Source: an uncultured Acidobacteriota bacterium (lineage in GTDB: Bacteria > Acidobacteriota > JAQAZP01). From it: a stretch of DNA of 64,000 nucleotides. Positions 18,790-27,517 of the stretch are shown piece after piece. The translations under genes and the position numbers were made by a program. The DNA is taken from contig CAWIIB010000001.1 of the NCBI GenBank assembly GCA_963836075.1, positions 384,001-448,000 on the forward strand, in the 5' to 3' direction. The first letter of the stretch is position 1; the number at the start of each line of letters is the position of its first letter. Below the pieces are notes generated by a model. The model searched no databases and was not told the DNA's origin. It was given only the letters and a program-made list of their open reading frames with translations.

Positions 18790-20226
18790 TCAGTTGTCAT
18801 GGTCTATCGCGGCCCCCGGCAAAAATGGGTCGGCCACCACGTTGCCGTCCAGTTCAAAGGCCATGATATGGGCGTTTTCCAGATACTGGTAGGCGTGCCA
18901 GCGGTTTCCCGGAGGCAGACCGGGAATCTCCTCAGCCGCCTGGACGAAAAAGGCCGCCCCGGAGTCGAGACGCTTCCCGGTGAACTCGTCCCGAACGGTG
19001 ACGTAGCAGTCAGCCACTGCCCCGCCGACGTCACCCTTGAGCTGAGCCAGGGCGCAACCGGGGGAGCAGAAGAGCCTGGGGTCCTCCGTTCCACAGACCA
19101 CCTCCACCAGGTAGACCGTGTCGAAAAGGCGGCTGCCGCACCCGGGGCAACGGCCCAGTTCCCCTCCCCCTCGCGAGGCGGCCATTCCCGGCAGGACGAC
19201 ACCGAGAAAGAGCAGCAGGGAGAGCCCTCCGGCCACCAGCAGCGTCCCGGCCGGCCTCTGGTCACCATCCCCCCTGCCGGCGGCACAAAAGAGCAGCAGA
19301 CCGCCCCAGGCGGCGCAGAGCAGCCCCACGGCCAGGGTGACGGCCATCCACGGCCCCTGGGCGGTCTTGCCCAACAGGCAATAGAGGCAGTGGTGGTAGG
19401 GCAGCCCGGTGAGACGTGGAGTGATCACCTCCATGGCCACGATTCCGGCCAGCAGTACCAGCAGCGGCAGAAGCAGGAGCAGGGCCAGGGCAACCAGGCT
19501 GGCCAGGCGGGGCCTGTTTGCCACGTCCCACCAGCCTTTGATGACCGACAGCCCGGCGGCAAGGGAAAGAACCGCGCAGAGCATGACGCTGCCGGAAAGC
19601 AGGGGGAGAGCCAGCTGCGCGTGCTGCGCGCCGAAGATGCTGCCGGGGAGCAGGGCGGAAAAGCGACCGGGAAGATCATAGACCGAACCGCAGCAGTAGA
19701 CCGGCTGGTCCGGGCGGAGGGAGAGCAGCACGACGATTTCCAGCAGACAGTCGAGCAGCAGCAAAACCAGCGAGACGAAGAACAGGACCGGTTCCAGGGG
19801 TGATCGTTGCCGTGCCCGCCCGGGGTTCCGCCGCTCCAGGCCTGCGTGGCTCAGTCGCAGCACGATCCAGCCGCCGAGAAAGAGGACCAGCAATGGCCGT
19901 GCCGTCTGCAACAGGTTGGCCCACAACGGGCAGAGCCTGGTGACCCCGAAGATGCACATCGCCCCGGAAACGTGGGGCACGGCGCTGGACAGGGCAAGGT
20001 AGGAGAGCGGCCAGGCGATGGTGCGCAGGCCGAAGGCGGTGAGCAGCAGCAGGAAAACGAGGTAGGCCCCCTCCCCTTCCAGCCCCCGGCCGGAGGGCTC
20101 GCCGCCGGACGGTTCGGCCTCCCGGACCAGGGAACGGCGCAGCCACACCCCGGAGGCCGCCAGGCCCAGCAGCAGTCCGATGACGGCCACAAAGAAGGAG
20201 AGGATGATCGGGCCATTGAGAATCAT
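18790..20226 (-). CDS. Polytopic membrane protein with Cys/His motifs and a C-terminal NosL-like domain
   Basis: Many TM segments; GAMC, YCCG, YHHCLYC; C-terminal CPGCG...FCSPGC...VRDEFTG..LD...AFFV resembles NosL. Confidence 0.7.
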   Translation of the reverse strand: MILNGPIILSFFVAVIGLLLGLAASGVWLRRSLVREAEPSGGEPSGRGLEGEGAYLVFLLLLTAFGLRTIAWPLSYLALSSAVPHVSGAMCIFGVTRLCPLWANLLQTARPLLVLFLGGWIVLRLSHAGLERRNPGRARQRSPLEPVLFFVSLVLLLLDCLLEIVVLLSLRPDQPVYCCGSVYDLPGRFSALLPGSIFGAQHAQLALPLLSGSVMLCAVLSLAAGLSVIKGWWDVANRPRLASLVALALLLLLPLLVLLAGIVAMEVITPRLTGLPYHHCLYCLLGKTAQGPWMAVTLAVGLLCAAWGGLLLFCAAGRGDGDQRPAGTLLVAGGLSLLLFLGVVLPGMAASRGGGELGRCPGCGSRLFDTVYLVEVVCGTEDPRLFCSPGCALAQLKGDVGGAVADCYVTVRDEFTGKRLDSGAAFFVQAAEEIPGLPPGNRWHAYQYLENAHIMAFELDGNVVADPFLPGAAIDHDN

Positions 20227-20909
20227 GGGCAGAGTTCCATCCTCCGGTCGGCAATTTCACGAAAACGGGTGTCGTGGCTGGCCACCAGCAGCCCGGCACC
20301 ACGCTGCCGCGCCAGGCCCAGCAGCTGGAGGATCAGCTCAGCTGATCGGGGATCGGCGTTGGAGAGCGGCTCGTCGGCCAGCACCAGGTCCGGTTCGGCG
20401 GCCAGGGCCCGGGCCACGGCCACCCGCTGCTGTTCACCACCGCTCAACTGTTCGGTGCGGTGGTTTTCCCGGCCGGCCAGGCCCAGCGTGCCGATCAGCG
20501 TTCCGGCCCGCCGCCGGCACTGTGCGCCGGACAGGCCACGGATGCGCAGCGGCAGGGCAACGCTTTCCCAGGCCGGCATCCGCTCGAAGAGCTGGTAGTT
20601 TTGAAAGACGAACCCCACATGTCGGCGGCGCAAGCGGTTGCGCCAGGCCGCGGAATCATTTGAGACGTCCCGCTGGAGAAAAAGGACCCTGCCGGAGGTG
20701 GGCCGCCAGAGCAGTCCGGCCAGCCCCAGCAGCGTGGTTTTCCCCGAACCGGAACAGCCTTCCACCAGCACCAGCTCCCCCCGGGCCACCACCAGGTCAG
20801 CGCCATGGAGAACGGTGACCGGGTCCGCACCGGCGGTGGTGGGCGGAAAGGCCCTGGTCACCCGATCCAGCCGGACAAGTTCACTCCCCGCTCTGTGCGG
20901 CTCCGTCAT
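20223..20909 (-). CDS. ABC transporter ATP-binding protein (LolD/MacB-type)
   Basis: GCSGSGKTT, VGFVFQ, LSGGEQQRVAVARAL, LADEP, ASHD. Confidence 0.92.
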   Translation of the reverse strand: MTEPHRAGSELVRLDRVTRAFPPTTAGADPVTVLHGADLVVARGELVLVEGCSGSGKTTLLGLAGLLWRPTSGRVLFLQRDVSNDSAAWRNRLRRRHVGFVFQNYQLFERMPAWESVALPLRIRGLSGAQCRRRAGTLIGTLGLAGRENHRTEQLSGGEQQRVAVARALAAEPDLVLADEPLSNADPRSAELILQLLGLARQRGAGLLVASHDTRFREIADRRMELCP

Positions 20910-22102
20910 CCTCCACCCCCCAGCAGCAATTTGCCCGGTTCCACCGACGCAGCCCGCCAGGCCGAGGCCACCGCCCCGCTGCAGGTCACCGAAATGCTGA
21001 AGACATAGACCAGCAGCACCGGCGTCCAGCCCATCAAGTAGGGCAGGCGAAAGAGGGGAAGTTCCTCGGCGCCGGGCATCAGGAAACCGTTGATCGGCCA
21101 GCCGGACCCCAATTTCAGCCAGAGCACTGCGGCAATCACAGCCATTGACGCCCCGGCCATGGCAATGATCAGTGATTCCATCATCTGCAGCAGCAGCACT
21201 TCCCAGGTCTCCCAGCCCATGCTCTTCAGCAGAGCCACCTCCCGCCGCCGCGCCGGGAGTCCCAGGCCCGAGGCCAGGGCCAGCACCGGGATGGTGATCG
21301 CCAGGGCGGCGAGAAAGTAGACCAGGAACGCCCCGACCCGGCGGTCGAAGCCGCCGTGGAAATACCCTTCCATCATCGCGCGGTCCTGGATCTTGGCCTC
21401 CGGGCCCAGTTCATCGGCCAGTCCGGAGGCCACCCGTTCAGCGTAGCCGCTGCGGCACCAGACCATCAGTTCTGTGGCCATCCCCGGGGCGTGGAAAATC
21501 TCCTGCAGGTCTTCGAAGTTGCCGAGGATCATTCCGGCGCTCCAGACCGGGCTTCGCGGAGAATCGAGAATCCCGGCCACCTCGAAGGTGCGGTAGCGGA
21601 AGCGCTCCGGGCCGTCCACCGGCAGGGCGATGCTAAGGCTGTTCCCCGCGGTGAGGCCGAAATGACGGGCGATGGCCGCCCCCGGGAGCAGCTCGCCCCG
21701 TCGGAGAACGGGCAGCTCCCCATCCGCGCGGTCCGCTGCCACACCGCTGGCCGGTCCAAAACCGGCCAGCACTGCCGGCAGGTCCTCGATCAACACCCGG
21801 CCCACCACCCGGGGCACCACCCGCACCACACCGGCGGCATGATCCACCTCTTCCCGCCAGGAAAGGGGCACCGAGCAGGGCCGGCCAAAATCATCGCCGG
21901 CCACCAGCAGGTCGGGCCCGGCTTCCAGCATGGCCAGGGCTTGCCTTTTCAGCCCCTCCTGCATGGCCAGAGCGGTGAGCAGGGGAACCGCCGCCGCCAG
22001 CAGGCAGAGCAGCACCACCGTGCTGCGCAGACGGAAGCGGAGCAGGTTGGCTGATGCCATGGCGAGGAACGAGGCCCATATTCGCCAGCGCCGTACAGCC
22101 AT
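20906..22102 (-). CDS. ABC transporter permease (MacB/FtsX/LolE-type)
   Basis: N-terminal TM, large periplasmic domain, RRREVALLKSMGW, three C-terminal TM segments. Confidence 0.85.
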   Translation of the reverse strand: MAVRRWRIWASFLAMASANLLRFRLRSTVVLLCLLAAAVPLLTALAMQEGLKRQALAMLEAGPDLLVAGDDFGRPCSVPLSWREEVDHAAGVVRVVPRVVGRVLIEDLPAVLAGFGPASGVAADRADGELPVLRRGELLPGAAIARHFGLTAGNSLSIALPVDGPERFRYRTFEVAGILDSPRSPVWSAGMILGNFEDLQEIFHAPGMATELMVWCRSGYAERVASGLADELGPEAKIQDRAMMEGYFHGGFDRRVGAFLVYFLAALAITIPVLALASGLGLPARRREVALLKSMGWETWEVLLLQMMESLIIAMAGASMAVIAAVLWLKLGSGWPINGFLMPGAEELPLFRLPYLMGWTPVLLVYVFSISVTCSGAVASAWRAASVEPGKLLLGGGG

Positions 22103-22479
22103 CACCGGACCTCCACGGCATGGCGCTGGAGGACCAGACGGGGAATGGCGTCTCCCTGCCGGTTCCTGGGAAAGCTGGTCAGTGTGGTGCAGCGGTCGGG
22201 GGAATAGGAAATTCCGGCGGGAACAGGCCACTCATCCCCCCGGCCCGCACCCTCCAGCCGGGGGTCGAAATTGCCCAGCGTCCAGCGGGGCAGAATGGAG
22301 GCCCCCATCCCGGGCATCAAGGCCCAGCCGGTATCCGTCAATTTCGATGGGTCAGGTCCGGTTTCCAGGCCCTGGGAGCCGATGAGGCCCGTGCCGGCGA
22401 TTGCCAGCAGCGGAAGGAGAACAAGGCCGCAAAGCGGGAGCAGACCCGCTCCGCCGACCATGGGGCGAGTTCGGTTCAT
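22102..22479 (-). CDS. Small hypothetical exported protein
   Basis: Hydrophobic N-terminus; stop overlaps the permease ATG (TGATG), consistent with translational coupling. Confidence 0.55.
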   Translation of the reverse strand: MNRTRPMVGGAGLLPLCGLVLLPLLAIAGTGLIGSQGLETGPDPSKLTDTGWALMPGMGASILPRWTLGNFDPRLEGAGRGDEWPVPAGISYSPDRCTTLTSFPRNRQGDAIPRLVLQRHAVEVR

Positions 22480-22517
22480 GCGGTCGCCACAAAAAGCTGT
22501 CCGGTGAACCGCCGGTG

Positions 22518-23996
22518 CTAGAAACGATACACCAGGGTCAGTTTTGCCCCCTTGAACGGGTCCTCGTAGCGGCACTGGCCGCCGGAACAGACCTGGCCGC
22601 CCTTGAGCGACCCGACAAAAAGCGTCCCCTGCAGGGAGTCGGTGATATTGGCCGTCAACTCGCCTCCCCAGAAATTGTTGTAGTCCCAGACAGGCACCTG
22701 GGCATACTGGTACAGGGCGCTGAGAATCCAACGTCCGGAAAAGGAATAACCGATGGAGGATTCGATTTCGGTGTTGCAGAAGAAGGGGTCCCGGGCATAC
22801 TTGATCAGGCCGTCGATGATGATGCTGTCCCGCTCAAAGACGTCGATGGTCGCGGCCAGCGATGCCTTGTCCTCGTTCTTGCCGTCCACCTCGGTCCGCT
22901 TGCCGGCCCAGACGTGGATATAGCCGATGCCGAAGAGGTCGTCCTGCTCGATCCCGCCGTAATAGTGCTCCACAATAGAGCCGTTGAGCAGGTTCTCGAA
23001 CCGGCTGTAGCTGACGTAGAGGTCTGAACCGGTCTTGTTGATGTAGTAGCTGGGTTTGACCCGGAACCCGCGCGTGTCGTCCGGAGCGAAGAACTCGTCC
23101 AGCCGGTCGGCATTGGGCGGGTTGTTGTGATTGTACTTGAACCGCTGGTAGTCCTTGTATTCGGCCAGCAGGGTGAACTCCCCCTGGTAGTAGGTGGCGG
23201 CCATGTAAAGGCCGTGGCCCTTTTCCCCGGAGGGTTCCAGCTCGCTGTCCTTGACCGCGTATTCCCCGTAAAAGTCGAGGTGATCGAAGATGCCGGGTAT
23301 GTCAACAAAGAAGCTGCCCAGGAGATGCTCACCCTCGATCCAGTCGTCGGTCTTGTCGTCGGAGTAGACACCGGTGACGCCCAGCCTGATATCGCGGGGC
23401 AGGAGAAAGGCCGCCCGCAGACCGCCGATCCAGTCCTGTTCGTCGGTGATCTTGTTGTCCACGAAGCCGCCCAGCAGATCGAATTCAAAATGCTTGAAGG
23501 TAAACGAGGTCCGTGCGCCGCGGATGGTGCTGTCGAGGAAGATCACCGGGTCGTAGAGGACACTGAGGGTCATGCCCCGCTCGAAGGAGGTGAAGAAGTC
23601 GCCGGCCACGCCGTAGAACTTGTCGCCGGAATAGTCGATGAACGCCCGGTCCACCTGGACGAAGTCATTGAACTCCCGGTACGGTTCGCGGGGGAAGAAA
23701 TTGGCGATGTTGAGGGTCAGGCCGATGGTCACCCGGCCCTTGTGCAGGTAGCCGTCGAAAATATTGCGATACTGGTTTTCTTCCCCGGCGTTGAACATCT
23801 CCTGGTTGTAGCGGTATTCAAAGGCGTTGCTGCCCGTGAAATTCCACCCGTCGTACCAGCTGTCGTCCGTGTCGTCCTCACCCTCGTCACCAAGGACAGG
23901 TCCGCTCACGGCAAGGAGGGGCAGAAGGAACAGGGCAATGATCATCAGGAAACGGCCGGGCCGGATCGCCCGTTTGAACAGATCAGCCACGATCAT
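22518..23996 (-). CDS. Outer-membrane beta-barrel protein, DUF6029-like
   Basis: Signal peptide, amphipathic beta pattern, AEYKDY..F, NNPP, C-terminal GGQVCSGGQCRYEDPFKG and terminal Phe (LTLVYRF). Confidence 0.75.
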   Translation of the reverse strand: MIVADLFKRAIRPGRFLMIIALFLLPLLAVSGPVLGDEGEDDTDDSWYDGWNFTGSNAFEYRYNQEMFNAGEENQYRNIFDGYLHKGRVTIGLTLNIANFFPREPYREFNDFVQVDRAFIDYSGDKFYGVAGDFFTSFERGMTLSVLYDPVIFLDSTIRGARTSFTFKHFEFDLLGGFVDNKITDEQDWIGGLRAAFLLPRDIRLGVTGVYSDDKTDDWIEGEHLLGSFFVDIPGIFDHLDFYGEYAVKDSELEPSGEKGHGLYMAATYYQGEFTLLAEYKDYQRFKYNHNNPPNADRLDEFFAPDDTRGFRVKPSYYINKTGSDLYVSYSRFENLLNGSIVEHYYGGIEQDDLFGIGYIHVWAGKRTEVDGKNEDKASLAATIDVFERDSIIIDGLIKYARDPFFCNTEIESSIGYSFSGRWILSALYQYAQVPVWDYNNFWGGELTANITDSLQGTLFVGSLKGGQVCSGGQCRYEDPFKGAKLTLVYRF

Positions 23997-24582
23997 CTTC
24001 CCCCTCCGCACTGCTGCTGTCCGTGTCGGCTCCCTCGCCGGCGCCGGGAAGCAGTTCGAGAATCTTGTTCCTCAGTTCCACTTCGTCGCCGGTGTTGTAG
24101 CCGAGGTGGGTGTAGACCACCTTGCCATCCAGGTCGATCAGCGCCAGGTAGGGCAGAATGGCCCGGGGGTTGTAGAGCTTGACCACCTGCTGTTCCGAAT
24201 CGAGCAGCACGGGGTAGCTGTACCCCTTGCGCCGGACCAGCGGTTTTACCCCGGGGATGTCGCTGGGCCCGTCGGTATTGATGGCCAGGATCTCCAGCCC
24301 GCGGTCCTTCAACTCTTCATAGAGTTCCTGCAGCTTGGGCATCTCCTTGCGGCACGGTTTGCAGGCAATGTTCCAGAAGGAGATCACCACCACCTTTTCC
24401 CCGATGAGATCGCTGAGCCGGTGGGTAGTGCCGTCGGTGGCCTTGAGGCTGAAGTCGGCGGTCTTCTTCGAACCGCCGGCGGCCTGGGCCGGGGCGGCCG
24501 CAGCCAGCAGGACAACCAGCGCCAGGGCCAGCGTCAGACCGATGCCGACCAGGTTGGACTCGTGCTTCCTCCACAACTTCAT
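23983..24582 (-). CDS. Exported TlpA/ResA-family thiol-disulfide oxidoreductase
   Basis: Signal peptide; DFSLKATDG, SFWNIACKPCRKEMPKLQ, YPVLLD, LIDLDGKV. Confidence 0.88.
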   Translation of the reverse strand: MKLWRKHESNLVGIGLTLALALVVLLAAAAPAQAAGGSKKTADFSLKATDGTTHRLSDLIGEKVVVISFWNIACKPCRKEMPKLQELYEELKDRGLEILAINTDGPSDIPGVKPLVRRKGYSYPVLLDSEQQVVKLYNPRAILPYLALIDLDGKVVYTHLGYNTGDEVELRNKILELLPGAGEGADTDSSSAEGEDDRG

Positions 24583-24647
24583 TCCGGATGTTCCTTTCTC
24601 GCATGACCGCGTCGGGCATCGTCTCGAGCCCGTTCCGGTCTCAGGTA

Positions 24648-25217
24648 TCAGAGCAGTGACTCGACGGCCGCCCGGATTTCTTCCTCGTCGTAGCCGATGA
24701 AGATGTAGCGAACAACGAAGCCCCGGTCGATGACCACGTTCACCGGCAGGGCCCCCATGCCGTAAATCTGGTCCACGGTGCCCTGGGTGTCGGCCAGCAC
24801 CGGGAAGGTGATGCCGTATTCGTCGGCCCACTCGGCGGCCTGTTCCACGGTGGCCCGGTCCCCGCCGATGACATCGTCGTCCACCAGCACCTCAAGGGTG
24901 ATGAAGCCCTGGCCCACGTACTCCTGGTAGAACGCCTCGGCCTCTTCAGCCTCCTCCCGGCAGGGAACGCACCAGAGGGCCGAGAGGGTGAGCAGGATCA
25001 CCTGCCCCCGGTAGTCCGACATGGTGGTGGTGCCGCCGTACTGGTTGGGCAGGTTGAAGTCGATTGCCGGTTCGCCCACGCCTACAACGCCGCTCGGGCC
25101 CACCACCTCTTCCTTGCAGCCAGCGGTGAAGACCATCCCAACCAGCAGAAACAGGACGGCCATCCTCCGGATTCCGGAAGGACGGAACGGTATGAAAGTC
25201 AATTTTTCTCTGCGCAT
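24648..25217 (-). CDS. TlpA-family redoxin lipoprotein
   Basis: Lipobox FTAGC; DFNLPNQYG, WCVPCREE, FPVLAD. Confidence 0.85.
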   Translation of the reverse strand: MRREKLTFIPFRPSGIRRMAVLFLLVGMVFTAGCKEEVVGPSGVVGVGEPAIDFNLPNQYGGTTTMSDYRGQVILLTLSALWCVPCREEAEEAEAFYQEYVGQGFITLEVLVDDDVIGGDRATVEQAAEWADEYGITFPVLADTQGTVDQIYGMGALPVNVVIDRGFVVRYIFIGYDEEEIRAAVESLL

Positions 25218-25360
25218 ATCCTCTATTCCCCGCCTTTCAGGCTCCCCAAGGACCTGGTCATCAATCTGTATATAGATCTTCCGGCAAACGACAAAATCTC
25301 TCCACAAAAGCAACTCCTGTTGGAGTTTAGCCGGAATTCACGGGCCATGTCAATCAACAA

Positions 25361-26599
25361 TCAGTTTATTTTCAACATGGCGAAGTGAAGATATTCCGTT
25401 TCCGGCGCAGCGGGCAGAACAGGATGGTCCATGGCCTGTCCGCCCCAGGCCAGCAACCGGGCCTCCCGTCCCGATTTCCCGGCGGCCGCAGCCAGTATCT
25501 TGCGAAATGCTTCACGGCCAATGAGGTGTGAGCAGCTGGAGGTGAGCAGGTAGCCGCCACGGTCCACCAGCCGCAGCGACGCGGTATTCAGTTTGGCGTA
25601 TTTGCGTTCGGCATCCACCAGCCCCTTCCTCGATCTGGCCAGTGGCGGCGGGTCGAGCACCACCAGGTTGAACCGCCGGCCCGCCGCCAGCAGTTCCCGG
25701 GCCGTTTTCAGTGCGTCCCCCTTGACCCACTCAACCCTCTCCTCCACCCCGTTGAGCCGCGCGTTGGTTTCGGCGGTGGACAGAGCGGGCGCCGAACTGT
25801 CCACGCCCAGCACCTCCCCGGCTCCCAGCAGGGCCGACTTGATGGCCCAGGAGCCGCTGTAGCAGCAGATGTCGGCCACCGTATCTCCCGGCCGGACCAG
25901 TCGGGACAACTGTTCACGGTTCTCCCGCTGGTCAAAGAAAAATCCGGTTTTCTGGCCACCGAGGAGATCCACGGAAAATCGGCAGCCGTTCTGGCCGATT
26001 TCCACCATCAGGGAGTCGCCGTCAGCGCACCGGCCAACATCTCCTTCTCCGGACAACACTTCCCTGCCCTGATCCAGACCTTCCAGCGTGCGGTAGGGGC
26101 TGTCGCAGCAGAGGACAACCCCCTCGGGCTGCAGTTCCTCCCGCAGGGCCTGCAGCACACTATCCCGCTGCCGCTCCATTCCGGCGGTGAGCAGCTGGAC
26201 CGACAGCCACTGGCCGTAACGGTCCACCACCAGGCCGGGCAGATGGTCCGATTCGGAGAAAACAAGTCTCAAGGCGTCCAGACCGGGGTAAATCAGCTGC
26301 CGCAGACCGACCGCATCACGAATCCGGCGTCGGAAAAACTGGTGATCCACCGGTTCGGGACTCCTGGAGAGCAGCCGGCAGGCGATGAGTGTGGCGGGAT
26401 TGTGGTAGACCGTGGCCACAAATGCGCCACGGCTGGATACGAGGGCGGCCAGTCCCCCGGCTTCCACCGGATCGCTCCGCCCCAGGTCCAGTTCATTGGA
26501 AAAAACCCAGGGATGACCGGAGAGAACCCGCCGTTCCTGCCCCCGGCGCAGCCGCAGGACCGGGAGTTCCGGTGCGGGCATCTGGTTATTCCCATTCAT
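25361..26599 (-). CDS. rlmI: RlmI/RlmK-type SAM-dependent rRNA methyltransferase (PUA domain)
   Basis: GHPWVFSNE, ESDHLPGLVVDRYG, GQKTGFFFDQRENR, VLDPP, TSSCS, DHP. Confidence 0.82.
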   Translation of the reverse strand: MNGNNQMPAPELPVLRLRRGQERRVLSGHPWVFSNELDLGRSDPVEAGGLAALVSSRGAFVATVYHNPATLIACRLLSRSPEPVDHQFFRRRIRDAVGLRQLIYPGLDALRLVFSESDHLPGLVVDRYGQWLSVQLLTAGMERQRDSVLQALREELQPEGVVLCCDSPYRTLEGLDQGREVLSGEGDVGRCADGDSLMVEIGQNGCRFSVDLLGGQKTGFFFDQRENREQLSRLVRPGDTVADICCYSGSWAIKSALLGAGEVLGVDSSAPALSTAETNARLNGVEERVEWVKGDALKTARELLAAGRRFNLVVLDPPPLARSRKGLVDAERKYAKLNTASLRLVDRGGYLLTSSCSHLIGREAFRKILAAAAGKSGREARLLAWGGQAMDHPVLPAAPETEYLHFAMLKIN

Positions 26600-26629
26600 T
26601 GATTTTCATATCGGGGATGCCGTTGGGAT

Positions 26630-26659
26630 AAAAAAAAAGCGTCCGGTTTTGCCGGCCGC
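26630..26659 (-). terminator. Intrinsic terminator after carD
   Basis: GCG-CCGG/CCGG-CGC hairpin followed by a long T-tract on the - strand. Confidence 0.6.
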
Positions 26660-26702
26660 CCCTTGCCTCACCGTCAGTTGACGGAAACCCTGTCGCAAGC
26701 AA

Positions 26703-27224
26703 TCAGCTTCGCGCCGTCCGCTGTTTGTAGGTGATCGCCTTGTCCACCCGCTCACTGGCGGCGTTTTCGCTCAGCTTTTCGGCTTCGGCCACTTCGGAGA
26801 TGATCATCTCCCGGGCCCGCTCCATCATTCGCTTTTCCCTGTAGGAGAGCGGTTTTTCAAGATTGAGGTGGTGCAGGTTTCTGAAGACTTCGGCCACGTC
26901 CTCGATCTTGCCGGTCTGCATCTTCTCGCTGTTTTCCTTGAACCGGCCCTTCCAGTTGCGGCTGGACTTCGGTGTTTTTTTCCGCAGCATTGTCAACAAC
27001 TTGGAGACTTTGTCCTTGCTGATCACGGAACGAAGACCCAATATGTCCGATTTCTCGATGGGGACAAGAACCGTTGTGTCGCTGCCCAGGATTCGGAGGC
27101 GGTAGAAGGAACAGGACTCGGCTGAGTCATCACTGAACGCAGCGGTTTTGCAGATTTCCTCCACAACACCGACGCCCTGGTTGGGATAAACGATCTTGTC
27201 GCCCACTTTGAACTTGCTGGCCAT
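26703..27224 (-). CDS. carD: CarD/CdnL-family RNA polymerase-binding regulator
   Basis: FKVGDKIVYPNQGVG, GLRSVIS, NWKGRFKEN, LSYREKRM. Confidence 0.9.
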   Translation of the reverse strand: MASKFKVGDKIVYPNQGVGVVEEICKTAAFSDDSAESCSFYRLRILGSDTTVLVPIEKSDILGLRSVISKDKVSKLLTMLRKKTPKSSRNWKGRFKENSEKMQTGKIEDVAEVFRNLHHLNLEKPLSYREKRMMERAREMIISEVAEAEKLSENAASERVDKAITYKQRTARS

Positions 27225-27320
27225 CAATTGCCTTCCATTTTTCCTAAAACGCCATATAATACCAAATTATTGAACCGATTACAAGTTTTGGCTTTCCCGG
27301 GGGCCTCAAATCTTGCCTCA

Positions 27321-27350
27321 TTGACCTTTTGTCCGCCCCTTTGCTACTAT
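27321..27350 (+). promoter_or_regulatory. Putative sigma70 promoter of tRNA-Leu
   Basis: TTGACC-18 nt-TACTAT, about 28 nt upstream of the tRNA. Confidence 0.6.
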
Positions 27351-27378
27351 TTCACCTCGCTCTTGTGGCGACATGGGT

Positions 27379-27466
27379 GCCGGAGTGGCGGAATTGGCAG
27401 ACGCACGGGACTCAAAATCCCGCGGGCCCTAGGCTCGTGTCGGTTCGACCCCGACCTCCGGTACCA
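27379..27466 (+). tRNA. tRNA-Leu(CAA)
   Basis: GCCGGAG acceptor stem pairing with CTCCGGT, D-loop GGAATTGGCAGAC, anticodon arm CGGGA-CTCAAAA-TCCCG, long variable arm, GTTCGAC T-loop, discriminator A and encoded CCA. Confidence 0.96.
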
Positions 27467-27517
27467 GTTTTTTCCCTTCTGCCGGCCGGGCCGCCTCCCG
27501 GAAAAACACGGAGCCCG

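Noticed and set aside
27329-27517. 5' part of track ORF 27329..27823 and the antisense ORF 27347..28381
   Set aside because: They overlap the tRNA-Leu gene; the real CDS starts downstream of the tRNA.
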